64,000 bases of DNA from Mytilus trossulus (lineage: Eukaryota): contig NC_086373.1 in assembly GCF_036588685.1 (NCBI RefSeq), positions 29,078,001 to 29,142,000 of the forward strand. Direction: 5' to 3'. Made by a program: the position numbers and the translations under genes. Below are positions 1-13,850 of the stretch, in pieces (position 1 is the first letter of the stretch; the number at the start of each line of letters is the position of its first letter). Below the pieces are notes generated by a model. That model had not been told where the DNA came from, made no database searches, and saw nothing but the letters and a program-made list of their open reading frames with translations.

Positions 1-1136
1 ACCAGACACGCTACTATTAGTTCTTGCATTAATTTACATTTCTTTAAGGGGTTATAGCTTCTAGACTTAAATTTCTAGAAGTATTGGTGGATCTTACTAT
101 ATTGAACATTTCGGTCGTTCAAAACTTCTTTATATCAAAAACAGATTTAAAGGTAAGAACCAAAAACTGAGAAATGTCATCATTATTATTATTATTTTTT
201 GTTGGGCAATAACTTGTCTGAAATTACTCACATGTAGTCCTGGATCTTGTTATCGTGTTTACTCCTAGCAGATTTGCTGCAAGAACTGCAGTTTATCTAA
301 ATGTTTTATTTTTAACCATGGCAGCCATGTAAAGTGACAAAACCGGAAGAAAACAATCTGTAATCTGTATACTAGATTTCATACAGATCATACACTGAAA
401 GTTTTGTTGGAATTAGTTCAGTTGTTTCAGGGGAGAACATCTCTGAAAATGTTTACGACGTTGACAACGGACTCTAAGTGATGGCTATAGCATGGATGGG
501 CTTATGGAACAAAAGACTGGAAAAGTATCGTATGCACAAACAAAATACTGAATGAAGTACTTTGAAACACAATGGTTAATAGAATGGTTTATCAACTTCT
601 TTCCATTTGTTTTCTTTACACTAGATAAAATAATAATGATTGAACTCATCATAATATGTGTCGAAAGGAGGTAATAGCTTTTTATAATTGGAACAGTTGC
701 AATAAATGCAGGGGACGAAAAGGGACAAAGTCGAAATCAAAATTTAATTTTGAAATATCTTACTATTGCAAATACAGAAATCACTATTCGCAGTGTAAGT
801 GATACCATCTAAGACCATGATTTACCTTTCATATATTGACGTAGTAAATAAAATGTATGGTGACGTCTTTATTTTGAAACAATATCAAGGTGCGATTAGT
901 GTGCTCTTTATATCTACTGGTGACAAGGTTCTTCTTCAATAAACTAACTATTTATACGGAAATCTCAGGACAACCAATTATTATATTTTTCTACTTTAGA
1001 TTAGTAAACTATCATTAAAATGTATAACATAATTATTGTAAGTTGTAGTAGATGTTTGTCAGTATCTCTATAGTTGTACTTGTGTCATTAAATACCATAT
1101 GATGTGGTCATTTTCGCATTATTTTTCATATTGCAG

Positions 1137-1357
1137 GAACACATTTTTGATAAATCAACTGCAGGCGTTCAGTTAAACCCAAAATTGCATGTCACAACAT
1201 GGGAACCTTACAACCGATCAAGTACTTTGTTTATCAGCAGATATCGTAATAGCACTACATCAGTTTCCGACAGACATAAATACGTATACATGCCTGAACG
1301 TACGGTTGTCGGAACAACAACTATTCACGGATTTACGGCATGCAGGGGATATAGAAG
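1137..1357 (+). CDS. Penultimate coding exon of GT92/DUF23 glycosyltransferase gene A
   Basis: ttgcag acceptor before 1137 and AG|gtaaac donor at 1358. Reads EHIFDK...RHKYVYMPERTVVGTTTIHGF..., resembling the GT92 'K.i..P.rv....H' segment. Ends in phase 2, matching the exon at 4568. Confidence 0.8.
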
Positions 1358-2284
1358 GTAAACAAATCAAATAATAATACGCAACAATGAAACTGTTGAA
1401 TATTGTCACATTGGAGGCAACAGTAATTGAATGTTGATCGACTATTGTTTGTTCAGTTTGAATACAGAACAGAAAAGATAAGAAAACTCAAAACATTTCT
1501 AGAAATTCAAACACAGCAAAATCTGATGAAAATAATAAAAACTTGTTAACAATTATATAGATATAGAACAAATATCAATTCAAACTTCGTAAATCATGCC
1601 ACGTTCATAACACTGTACAATTCTGTTTGCCAAATTTGCTAAAAAGAAAATTATGATACAAAAGCAGGAGTAAATAATAAAATTCAGACTGAGGCGATAT
1701 TTTCCCTATAATAGTAACTAATGGCGTTCAATGTTTTTTTTTCGTAAAAAATTAATAAACTAAATATTTCATGCATGTTCAGGACGAGAACAAAATACCA
1801 ATAAATAAAACAGGTAGGTCGTATTATACTGCCCGTCTAGATACGTGTGCGGAAAATTAGACTGCCACTAGAAACAATGTCATTGGAATAAGGAAAGACA
1901 TTTTGCCTTGCAACAGGCCACGTACGGATGCCTCAATACGTTGTTGTAAGGGTTTTTGACGTACAGAGGGCTTTACACATTCTTAACACGAGTAATAACA
2001 TAAAACGTCCTCATTTCACCCGGACCTGACTGCGAACTAACTGGACTTGCACAACCAAACGGTCGCCTATATTTGGCTGGTGTTAAACCGCTGGTAGGTT
2101 GAATACAATAGGATATCAGATGTTTATTAACTTTGTAACTTTTTGGGGTCGGCTGAAAATGAAAATTATGTTAGTTAAATCAATCAAATATAGTGGATGA
2201 CAAACAATCCAAGTTAACTGTAGTTTCAATTTATAAAGGTTAGTCATAAAATATTACGATGCACAATACTCAATAGGGATTGTT

Positions 2285-2650
2285 CCCCGTCAACATACAA
2301 CATGCACAATTTAAAATAACCTACGACGTAATTATTTGCACATTAACACCAAACATTGACAATTAAGAATAAACTTCGACGTAGTTAGTTGGACATCAAC
2401 ACGGAACATGGATAATTAAGAGATAGCGATGATGTACTTAGTTCGGCATTAATACGCAACATGGACAATTAATAATAAGATATGACGTAATCAATTGGAC
2501 ATCAACACGCAACATGGACAATTAAGAATAAGCTATGAAGTAATTAGATGGACATCAACACGCAACATGGACAATTAAGAAAAGTTTTGATGTGATGAGT
2601 TGCACATCAACACACAACATGCATAATTATAGAATCAGCTACAAAGTAAT
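2285..2650. repeat. Minisatellite, 53-bp unit, ~7 copies
   Basis: caacacgcaacatggacaattaagaat recurs at 2291, 2344, 2397, 2450, 2503, 2556 and 2608. Confidence 0.9.
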
Positions 2651-4567
2651 GGCAAAATAAAACCTAAAGGGATCTTTATAATTTGAAACAACAAATTTTT
2701 ATTCTTTGACCTGAAACAAGAGCTCTCATCATGCTCTTATGTGTTAGTACTTTTAGCACACTTCAATGCATTACTATGAGAAAGTTATATTATTTCAACG
2801 TACATATATAGTTTTTTTTTTATTCTATTTGTATATGAAATGAAGTAATTGTTTTTTTCGCTTAAAATCGATTACTAGTTTCATAATTCATACGAGTAAA
2901 AAAAAAAACTTTTATGGATTATTCACCTGGTACCTTTTGATAGCTATAATGCGTGTGTTTTTTTTACCTATATGTTCTCCAATTCATCTGTATTGTAGTC
3001 CTTTAATGTAATGTTGTCATTTTAATGTTATATTTAGCATTGCCATAAAAGCGGGAGGTTTGACTATTCACAAAACCATGTTCAACCCACCATTTTTGTT
3101 CTTAAAATGTCCTCTACCAAGTAAAAAAAAAATTGCCATTGTTATATTATACTTCGTTCATATGTGTGTTACATTTTAGTGTTGTGCCTCTGTTGTGTCG
3201 TTGAAACACTTGCTTAGGACCACTTATTTACCACGGCTTGTTTAGATAATGAAAAACATAATGCAAAATTATCAATGTTGATTGATTGATTGACTGAGCG
3301 GTGTTTCATTCCACTCTTAGCATATTATTGCGGTTGTTTTGTTGCGGTCAGTTTTTATTTGTGGAAGAAGCCAGAGTGCACACAGAGAACAACTCATCAT
3401 CAGCAGGGAAAATAACCATTCTAGTTAATTAAACCCATGTGCATGGTTCGAACGCTCAGCTTAAGTGTTGACATGCTAATGAATCAGTAGTTGAACTACT
3501 CTACCACTCGGTCAAACATCAGTTGTGATTTTATATTTGTTTAGTTACTTTATATAAGGTTATACTTTTCACTTTTGATTCTATTTTCATATATATTGTG
3601 CTTTAATCCTTGAGTAAATAGTGTACCTGTATTGTTTGCTGGTATGAAGCCTTTGTAATTCATATTGCAATATCATATCCGTTCTTCTTCTCTTTTTTTT
3701 GCCTTATATAAGTTTTTTTCAAACAATGTTTTGTTCTGAAAACTAATGAAGAATCCAAAAGAATAACGAAAGTTTTAACATTGCAAGTGGTCACGTGCCA
3801 ATAGCTTATCTTTGTTTATTCAAACACTTGTTTTAACAAAATTAACTCTGGCAAACAAAAGCATTTACATTGTACAATATGTCCATTTTAAAGAAGTGCA
3901 GAAGAATTAAGATTCATAAGATTATCGGTACCCATATGAAACACTAGATGATCTTTTTCGACAATTAGATTTACCCCAGTGATGACCAATAATTAAAAAA
4001 AACCAGTAGTTTACCGCTGTTGAAAATTCACAGATAGATTGAGTGAAAATAAATCCGGGTTAAAAACTAAAACCGAGGGATACACATCAACTATAATTTG
4101 GAAAATAGACAAACAACAGAAACATTAACATGCAACAAAAAATCAAACGATAACTCACCAAGAATCGAAAGTTATAAGATAACAACTGTGATTTTCCTGT
4201 CTTGGTACTGGACATTTATATGAAAAAAAGGTGAGTTGAACCTGGTGTTTTGGTTAGGCAAACCTCGCGCTTTTATGGCAATATTAAATAAACCACTAAA
4301 ATGATTACATTACATAAAATATATGAAAACAAAAACAAATGTTATAGAAATTCGAAGAGCCGATTTAACCAAAATCACCTAAAGTGTAGCCAAATTCTAA
4401 CAAGGAATACGAATTTTGTATTAGGAAGAAAATAACTATCTTTACATTAATAGATTTTAAGTGTTTTTCTTTGGTTTGTGTGTTCTGTATACGTCTGTGT
4501 TGCTTCATTTGTTTTCACCTTTCTTTAGTTAGTTATCACTACAACTAATAACGACTGTTTATTTCAG

Positions 4568-4790
4568 ACATATCGCACAATCAACTGTTTTAGACTTTCA
4601 TCATTATCGGTCTTGTGCAAAAAGTTTTGTCAAATACCAGTCGGCTCTAAACAGTGGGCAAAAGCAAACAGTTGGAGATCTATGTGCAGATTTCAGACAA
4701 TATTCACAAGACGACATCAACGTTATTGGTAAACAAATTGAAAAGAATGTTCTCAAAGTGAGAGAACAATTAGGTATTACATATCAATAG
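4568..4790 (+). CDS. Terminal coding exon of GT92 gene A
   Basis: atttcag acceptor. The phase-2 join gives R-HIAQSTVLDFHHYRSCAKSF...KNVLKVREQLGITYQ* (TAG 4788-4790). HHYR is the C-terminal GT92 motif. Missed by the ORF track. Confidence 0.8.
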
Positions 4791-6121
4791 TTATGATATA
4801 TAATGACTTTATTTTTTTTATATTTCAAATCACAATTGTTTGTTCGCAGGAGGTTTTGGCTAACCACAAAAAAAGGTTCAGCCCAACATGTCTTGTACTG
4901 GCTGTTGTATTTTGTTTCATTTCAGTGTTTCTGTTCGATTCATAAAAGAATTCTGTCGAATCAGTATGATCCTAACATCGTAACACAGTACATGATACAT
5001 ACATGTGCATTCTGTATAAATAACTCGTCGAAATATTGGCACACAATGTTAGATCTGTATATTTGCTTGGATTTGAACTCATACTACTGAGATATCGTGG
5101 CATCAAATCGCCTTGCACTCTTCCCGACACGCTAGAACACCTATGCTTTACACAATTAATAAAGCTTTTGATGGCTGGATGTTATATGTATTTTTAAAAA
5201 TTAACGCCTAAAAAAGGGTAAAAACAACACAGAAATAGAAAAAAAGGGAACATCAAAAGTAAATATTTTTGAAGATTTTGGATACTAGAAATTTTTAATC
5301 GGTACGATAACGATGTAAAATAAATTATAACAAATCTTGAAATATATTTAATAACAACCTAACACCGCATCGCTTGTATATTTCTAAAATTTCATAAATG
5401 ACGTAGGTTATGTAATAACAACAGAGACTGAATACATTTAGGTAAACTTTCAGCAGTGTGATTATGGGTATTTGAACCAGGTTAGACATTTTGTATTGTT
5501 CCGGCCGGTTGTAAGTGAATTGGATGTTCTTGTATGAGTCGACGGTCCTTTACTTTTCGTTTTGTGTCTTTATTGCTAGGGTGTGCTATGCGTGGGTTGA
5601 GGTTCACACCGTGCGGAGAAAATGTTTTGTTTTAAGTGTGTGCTTCTTTCGCGTGTGTTAATCGGTCCCGATAAGGTTGTGTTACCTATTTCAAAGTCTA
5701 TCCAAATAATTTTAGCAAAGAATCCCGATCAAGCCGGTACTAGGGGCCTTTTTTGTTGTACGTGTACATATTTTGTGCCATGGATAAATACACCATAGCC
5801 TTTCAAGTTTGTTTCCGTGACTGGACGTGGCAGTGAACTTATACATTGTACATCCCACAAGAATATCACACTATAATATAAATATGTATAAACTAGAATT
5901 TTAGAGTTTACAAAGGTAACGAAATAGCAACAGAGACTGCGTAGTAATATGATATATCTCCCAAATGAACTGCATTGCATATTTCGATTTGGAAGGTGTG
6001 ACTTACGTTCATAGTCGTTACCATGGCTTTTAAAACAATTTGAACTGGCTGTTCTGACACACCAACATACTGTTTAAATAAACTCATCATACATACCAGG
6101 ACTAAATTGTATATATATTAT

Positions 6122-6165
6122 ACGCCAGACGCTTGTTTCGTCTTCAAAAGACTCATCAGGGACGC
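6122..6165 (-). ncRNA. Hammerhead ribozyme, family A, core intact, stems I/III slightly decayed
   Basis: Minus strand GCGUCC-CUGAUGA-GUCU(UUUGA)AGAC-GAAA-CAAGCG-UC/UGGCGU. Confidence 0.75.
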
Positions 6166-6189
6166 TTGAATCCAAAAAAGTTATGTATA

Positions 6190-7468
6190 CCCATGGAAAA
6201 AAGTAAAACCAAATTAAAATTGAAATTAAAAAAACACTCTTTATTTTTTTCTTAAATAATTTGTTAAAATAGAACTAGTTAAACAATATTTAAATATCAC
6301 CTGAGTTTGATCATTAATTATCGATTCGATAAGTTCTTATCTGCACATGCAGCTACTGCACCCGTAAACAGCAAAACAGTTGTTTTAATTCTCATTGTTT
6401 TCAACACTTTAAATAACCAAGTTTATAAAGTTTTGTGATTGACACCTTGTAATGGGTCCTCCGCAATCTTAACCGCAGCAAACTGGCATTTTATCAGCAT
6501 GAGAGAAGCAGGAATGTCGCTGGACAACCGCACGTGTTGTCGGTCATCACTTTTCCACTATTAGTCGTTTTGAGAATAGAAATCATGCAATAAACGATAT
6601 AAAAGACTATCCGAGACCAAAAAGACCCCCTATGCCATCTGCTAGGGAAAATCAAGCATGATGAAGCTTAGTTAAAAAGAAACCCATTGCATACAATACA
6701 AACCTAAAACGAGAGTGGTGGGCATACAGGAGCTTTTTAACAATAATTGTTCGAGATCGACTCATCTCTACTGGTTATTGTGCGATAAGACCATTTCGGG
6801 GACCTTTGATTACGAACAGACACACATTTATTTGTATCCAATGTAGTGCAGAGCTCGCCAAAATTGGAAATAAGCATCGTGGAGGAAGATCCATTGTTGA
6901 AATGGAATTCTGTTTATCTTCCTTGGCCCGATCATAGCCCGGCTTTGAACCATATCGAGCATATATGGGACACTATTGGGTGTTATGTGCGCGAAAGGAC
7001 ATCCAGTCCAAACACGTGATGAAATAAACAATGCCCTTCAACAGAAATGGTCGCTACCTAAGCAACAAATAAATCGATTTATGACAGGAATCATAAGACG
7101 TTAAGTGTCGGTTGACCGTTTGAATGGAGACTGTGAACAAAGTTTTTATTTTTTGGCGTATAACGATCAACCATGATGTGAACAATTATCTTAATATTAA
7201 TTTTGAAATGTCTGACATTGCAAAGTTCGACTTTAGTAAAAGTTGTAAAATGCAGTTTTTTTGTACAAATAACACTTCATTTTGTTTTTACACCTGAGGT
7301 TAGATAAATTATTTTTTTTCAAACATTTTTTGTTCGTTAAAATGCCAATGTAATCATAAACTATGTTTCAATATTATTTACAAATATTTTATCATATTCC
7401 ATCCAAAATAAAAGACTGATTTCTCAAGTTTTAAAAAATCAAGGTGTTGCAATATTTTTTTCCATGTG
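6190..7468 (+). mobile_element. Decayed Tc1/mariner DNA transposon
   Basis: TA|cccatggaaaaaa ... tttttttccatgtg|TA termini. Relic at ~6917-6980 reads LPWPDHSPALNHIEHIWDTIG, matching the Tc1 WPxxSPDLNPIE motif. Confidence 0.85.
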
Positions 7469-7633
7469 TATATCGAAAAAAGGCCAAATGAATTACGAAG
7501 TTGAAGAGCATTGGGGACAAAAATTCCTAAAGGTTTTGCCAAATACAGATAAGGTAATATATGCCTGAGGTAAAAAAAGCCTTAGTATTTCAAAAATTCA
7601 AAATTTTGTAAACAGTTTATTTATTAATATAAA

Positions 7634-8912
7634 TGTTCCAGGCCGTATGAGTATTTGGACAGAACGCGTACGGTCTGGACCTTATGCATACTTTTTTCAA
7701 AATACTCATACGGTCGGACCGTACGCGTACGGTCTGACTAATAATAAGAAGTTGGTGAAGTTTAGTAAATACAAATGCATATAACAGATCAACATAACAT
7801 AACTTGATATAAAAAAGTGCAATTGTAATTGAAATAATTTTTTTATATTTTAACTATTTAACAAAATCACGGTTATTAAATCTGTTAATCTCTTGTATCA
7901 AGCATGTCGATCAGTAAAAGTTAACATCAATTGAATACGATCACTGAAATTGAGGATATCGGAAGTAAACATAATGTGAGAGAAGAACTGTTTTCAAATA
8001 TTTAGCAACTTTACAAAAAAAATGCAAATGCAAAGAAAGATGTATAAACTACAAACATTTAAATGTAAAAAATATTACGTTACTTGTGGAAAAAAAAGTA
8101 AAATCACAAAAATACTGAACTTAGAGGAAAATCAATACGGAAAGTCCCTAATCACATGGCAAAATCAAATAACAAAACGCATGGTTCTATAGCGCTAACT
8201 CTCTCTCTTTAATAACAGTCTCATCAAATTCCGTTATATTTACATGATGCGTTAAATAAACAGCCACACTTAATAAAATAGTCAAAATACTGGTACATCA
8301 GTCATCATCGATAACAATTTTAAAAGGGACAATTTAACAGAACACAAAAACATCTATCTACGAACACATGGATTGACTTGAGTGTCTGACCTCATAAAAT
8401 TTGTATACGACACATAAATTTGTCGTTCAATGTGCATACAAACAGTTTTAAAATTTACATAGGCAATTTAAGCATACAGAGTTAAAAAATCAAAAGTATG
8501 TAAGAACAAATTACAGAAATAGACTGAGATTTGAAATAGTCCAAAAGTTATAGGTAGAATTTATGAGAATCCAAAAATACTTAATTCCACTACGCGAAGA
8601 AACAAGCGATAAAGAAGCAAGCGTCACCTTGGGCGAGAGTCCCAAAATATATAGGCTTCAGTTATACAATAAAAACAGTTAATTCTTTATTGTTCGTTTG
8701 TTCATTAAATTACTCTAATTGTAATAATAACAATTTGTAAAACTAAACAAATAAATTGTGATAAATGTTTATTTAAATTTAACCCATATGATGACATGTA
8801 TGGTTATCTTGTACTAGACCATACGTGTATACTCATACGGTCCGACCGTACGCGTATGGTTGGACCGTACGAGTATACGTATACGGTCCAAATACTCATA
8901 TGGTCTTGAACA
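7634..8912. mobile_element. Non-autonomous TIR element with TGT..ACA ends (Ginger-like)
   Basis: TIR tgttccaggccgtatgagtatttggac / gtccaaatactcatatggtcttgaaca, subterminal cgtacg repeats and near-TSD taaa/taac. Contains a further repeat at ~8092-8600 (also seen at 24121). Confidence 0.75.
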
Positions 8913-9339
8913 TAACCATATCAATGATAATGAATGTCAGCACGAAAGTGCTGACTTCTGAGCTGGTGATACCCTCGGGGAAATAAATCTCCACAAGCAA
9001 CTGCATCGACCCAGTGGTTGTTAAAAAACTCAACATAGATACCAGGACTAAATTTTGTATATACGCCAAAAGACTCATCAGTGATGCTCGAATAAAAAAA
9101 AGTTAAAAAGGCCAAATATAAACCATTCACACTGTAGGAGATATGTATTCTTGTAACTAACATTGCAAAATATGATGTGCTTCGTCGTGTGGAGTGCCTG
9201 TTAAAAACAGGGGTATTCAGTACTTGCCTGCTAGTCAGATATCGTTTGGTTCAGCTTCCGTTAGAAAATCCTATAGACAAAGAGCCAGATTAAGTCGATA
9301 AATCAGCTACTATACGTGTTTAAGCTTGTGGGTCTACAG

Positions 9340-9640
9340 GTGGCTCGGGGAGTATTTTTGTTTCTATATTGTAAAAGATCATCTCGACTAATGTTGTTGG
9401 CACGAAGGAATCCTTTATAAATGTATTCGATTCTGTAGCACTACTACAGGTACGAAATTGTTGGTGTCTCCGTTTTGGAGTATCCTTGGTTGAGACAATC
9501 AGGTTGTCCGTATGGACGGGATACGATACAGGGAATGCTCTTGGATAAATGTCTTGGATGACAACCCAAAAGAGAAAGTTATCGATGTTTGTCTGTGAGC
9601 TATGTGGATATGATTCCATCCTTCACTTGAGTAGCAATGT
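9340..9640 (-). pseudogene. Possible decayed CR1-group LINE 3' end
   Basis: ...HQQF...NTFIKDSFVPTT resembles the 'H......yk.SFfP.ti..WN' terminus. Confidence 0.35.
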
Positions 9641-10189
9641 CAAAAGGTGTTAAAAATGAGAGGCAAAAGTTACTAAAGGGACAGTCAAACTCATTGATTA
9701 AAAATAACTGACAATGCAATGGCTAAAAATGAAAAAAAACAACCAGCCAAATAATAGTTCACATGCAACAACATAGAAAACTAGACTAAATAAAGACTAA
9801 ATAAAGACAACAGTAGTATAACGCTGTTAGAAATTCATATAGATTGAGAGAAAAAAACAAATCCGGGCTACACACTAAAACTGAGGGAAACACATCAAAT
9901 ATAAGAGGAGAACTACGACTCAACAGAAACACAACATTAAAATGTAACACACACAGAAACGAACTATAATATAACAATGACCATTTTTCTGACTTGGTAC
10001 AAAACGTTTTAATAAAACAAAATTGTGGGTTGAACATGGTTTTGTGGCATGCCAAACCTCCCACATTTATGGCAATGTTAAATATAACATAAACATGATA
10101 ACATTACATGATAGGACTACAATACAAATGAATGATAGAATATATAGGACAGAGAAACGCACGAATAAAAGCTAAAAAAAGGTGCAAGG

Positions 10190-10675
10190 TTTAAAATTCA
10201 ATACGCCAGATGGGGGTTTCGTCCACACAACACTAACCAGTCACGTTCTAATGAATGAAAATATTTCGAAAGCCAAAAAAAAAAAAGGTACAAAGTTGAA
10301 GAGCATTGAGGTCCACAACTTCCAAATATTTGTGCCCAATAGGGCTAGCGTTCTCTGCCTGGGATAAGTAGTTATCAAAGGTACCAGGATTACAATTAAG
10401 TACGCCAGACGCGCGTTTCGTCTACATAAGACTCATCAGTGACGCTAATATCAAAATATTTATAAAGCCAAAAGAACAAAGTTGAAGAGCATTGAGGATC
10501 CAAAATTCCAAAAAGTTGTGCCAAATACGGCTAAGGTAATCTATGCCTGGGATAAGAAAATCCTTAGTTTTTCAAAAATTCAAAGTTATGTTAACAGGAA
10601 ATTTATAAAAATGACCACATTATTGATATTCATGTCAACACCGAAGTGTTGACTATTGGGCTGGTGATACCCTCA
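10190..10675 (-). mobile_element. Retrozyme-like tandem (family A) with two HHR positions (10202 decayed, 10402 intact)
   Basis: Direct repeat of tacgccaga..tttcgtc..aaagttgaagagcattgagg..gcctgggataag about 200 bp apart, then the conserved ctggtgataccctc core. Confidence 0.8.
10402..10445 (-). ncRNA. Type I hammerhead ribozyme, intact (family A)
   Basis: Minus strand GCGUCA-CUGAUGA-GUCU(UAUGU)AGAC-GAAA-CGCGCG-UC/UGGCGU: full core, stems I and II paired, palindromic stem III. Confidence 0.9.
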
Positions 10676-11417
10676 GATCATTCTTATTATTTAGAATAAT
10701 TCATACTTTTGCAAACATTATTTTTTCTTATAAAATGAGTATATAATAGATATAAATAATAAAACCGGTGACTAACTACAAAATTAAAACAAATAAATAA
10801 TTAACCTATACCAGTTTATACAAATTCGCAGCCGCGTTAGCCTAATCGATAAACGCAAAAATGTAAGTGACGTCACATTTGAATTTCTAATCATTTCCCA
10901 AAAATAAGATAGAATAAGGATATAATTCAAGATTATGTTGATATAACATTTATTAATAACACTGAAAATTACATTACTAATTAATATCAAATTGTAGTAG
11001 TAATTAGATAAGAAATTAATTATCTAGCTATGTCGGTATTTCTTCTCAATCAAACTGTAAACCAAATATATCGTATCAATTTAGTCGAATAAAACTAAAA
11101 TCTAAATGAACTGGTTGATCAATTTTCTTTACCATAACACATGAATTCAACAACAAAAAATAAAATTTGCAACTACAAATGAAAAGACATATGACAATAC
11201 CGATGAAAATAAACAACTATTTCATCAATACTAAATGCATACACAGAGCAACAGGAACACCCAACTTGAAGTGGTCGCAGGTGATCCAGAAGATTAAGCA
11301 GATCCTGCTCAACATGTGTCACTTGTCGTGTTGCTCATGTTGTTACAAACCCGGTATATAGTCTAATTCTGTTGGTCACATTCATGAAAAGGGAAGGTAA
11401 TTGTAGTTACAACGTTA

Positions 11418-11546
11418 GGAACATATCCGATATCATCTATGAAATGGTTATTCCATAACTATCAACCAACTCATGATGGTGTCCGTAAAATTGACGAAGA
11501 GATGATTTCAACTTTACCATTTGGAACTCTTGATTTAATAGCTTCC
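11418..11546 (-). pseudogene. Penelope-like RT C-terminal fragment
   Basis: Minus strand reads KLLNQEFQMVKLKSSLRQFYGHHHELVDSYGITIS, resembling the 'LL.QGy....L.ksf.kFy.rh..l..kY' end of invertebrate Penelope-like RTs. Followed by a non-coding tail to ~11200. Confidence 0.55.
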
Positions 11547-13596
11547 TTATAAATCAATCTTAAAAACGAATCTCCATTGTTTAATACTGTAAATTGTGAT
11601 TCTCAATATGTTAAATTACCGCTCTATATTTCCGTTCCATGACATTTACTGATACTGTATATTACTTTGAGACTTTTCACAATGATTTAAATTCTTGATT
11701 AATTGTACAATATCTTATTCTGGCTTTTTTTCTTTTACACTTGTTTTGTTCATGACGAGTTTTTTAGTCCCTGATACATTTTTGCAAGAAACATTTAATG
11801 TACAATCTGCTTTCATGCTAATGCAAAATGCTCAAACAGGTTAATCGCATGATATCCATTTGGAGAATACCATAGGTAACTGTGTGATATTCAATAATGA
11901 GCAAAATCATTCCCATATAGTAAGTTATCAAATACTCTAGCATGCTAGATTCGTTAAACATAGAAACCAAATGTTGAAACATTTAGTCAGAAAGTAAAAT
12001 CTGATTGCGAAAAGTGAAATTAAAGGATAATGGTAACTTCTTTGTCTTTTACGTGAGAAGTTCCTGTATGAAGTAACTTAAAGCCTCATCTGTATAAAAG
12101 AAGAAGTCGAAAAAACAAGGAACGGACTTGGTTGTTTGGGATTATTTATAAAAAAAAAAAAAAAACGTCTTCTGAAAATAAACAAAAGTGTTGTCAGTGA
12201 AAAACAAATCAAGTATATAGATGGTGTTAATTTTAGATAATTGTTTCTTCATTCAGATTTATTTTAACACAGATTGGTTTATTATTCAACGCTATTATCA
12301 CTGCAATTACAAGGAAAATATATAAATTACGAACTTCGAAATACATCTCAGGGGCGATCAGAATATTTTAAACTTAAAGCTATTGTTTAAAAATCTGAAA
12401 CACGATAACACGCTTTTTAATTTAATAAGATATTGAAACAAATTGTCTCTTCTTATTCCGATTGCAATGTTATTCACATTGTGTACTTAATCGTCTAAAC
12501 AGTTCTGTTTTACAGATTAATTGTTTATCGTTACTGCCATTGGCAAACACGTCTCTGAAACAATTGCTGCTCCCATGCAAATGAAGCTTCCGAAAATAAT
12601 ATTTGGGTTTTAAGGAACGGCACGACACATATTTATCTACTGTAATTTTAACTTCGAGCATTACAAATAGGAAGAAATTTGGTCAAGTTTAAATGATTCG
12701 AATAGAATTTTTAGAGTCTTTTCTCTTGTATTCATCATATTTTATGAAAACAACAAATTCAGATGTAAGAAATGGCTTATATCAAATAGAGATTGATTGT
12801 TTAAATTACAAATTAAATAATGATTTTTTTTAATAAAAAAATAAAAATGTCAGGTATTTGTTGTACACTTTGTTGTTAAAATTTCAGAAAAACAGCATAT
12901 CCATTGACTTCAAAATAGTTAAATTAATGTTCACCAATATACAAAAATAGTTGCATGTTGTATAAGCAAAGTTATGTATCTATATTATTATTTTATAAAC
13001 AGTTACGAACACACATCTTATCCAAAATGCACTAAAACGATTGATAATAAAAACTAAACATGATTTTTAAATTAGGAAAAATATTGCAGTCTAAAACAAA
13101 AGAACACAAATTTTGGTATCTTATTTATCCCTTGTATTGATAATATATTTAATTTCAGAGGTACACACAAAGTACAAATTTTCCTTGTCGGCATACGATT
13201 TCAAATGAGTTTAAGTCAATGTAACACAAATGAAGTATTTGTAATTGTAAAGACACACTCTAAGAAGAAAAATGACTTCAAATGATTTTGTTTTGACATA
13301 AATTACTCAGAAAAAATATTTTTTGCGAATTATTATGCTAGAGTTATATGTAACCATTCCAAATATCAGAATTTTGAATATACAAGTATCCCTCTGATTC
13401 GTGAATATAATTAATTAACTGATCGATCGGTGATGGCTGTCATCAAAACTATCCCTGGTGAAACCATCAGATATCAAGCTCACATCACAGATCATTTACC
13501 AATCAGTCAAGGAAACGCCCTCAGGTTAAAAGTACTGTAGACAAACGTCTTTGTGGATATTTTGTTCAAGGGGTAATTATTTTACTTCTTTCCTGT

Positions 13597-13850
13597 TTGA
13601 TTGATTGTTGGTGTTTTAACTCCACTTCAAAGCGCCATTTTTTTGGATATATCGTTGCGGCCAGTTCTATTAGTGGAGGCAGCCGGAGTGTCCGGAGAAA
13701 AATACACCAATCTATCTTCAAAAGGAAAGCTTACAACTTGGGAAAATTAAGATTTGAGTCGAGTGCCCCCACACAAACGGTTCGAACTCACAATCGCAGT
13801 GTTAACTGGCTAGTAGAAACTTTTTAGATGACTCGATCATCGAGTCCCTT
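13597..13850 (-). mobile_element. tRNA-derived SINE (V/Meta-type central domain)
   Basis: Minus-strand B box gagttcgaacc, central ttttctccggacactccggc..cctcc and (aatc)n tail. An older copy lies at ~3278-3512. Confidence 0.65.

Larger units (their letters stand above)
6075..9125 (-). mobile_element. Retrozyme-like unit (family A), HHR to HHR, fragmented by nested insertions
   Basis: Pieces 6075-6185, ~7475-7633 and 8913-9125 are collinear with the unit at 10370-10675. The second HHR at ~9062-9088 has lost its GAAA/stem III part. Confidence 0.75.

Noticed and set aside
2285-2650. CRISPR-like periodic repeat
   Set aside because: The whole 53-bp unit repeats with no unique spacers, there are no cas genes, and the context is eukaryotic. 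It is a minisatellite.
13150-13575. Possible extra exons (tttcag.. / ..ggg|gtaatt)
   Set aside because: The frames I read are short or contain stops and show no recognisable similarity to GT92 or other proteins.
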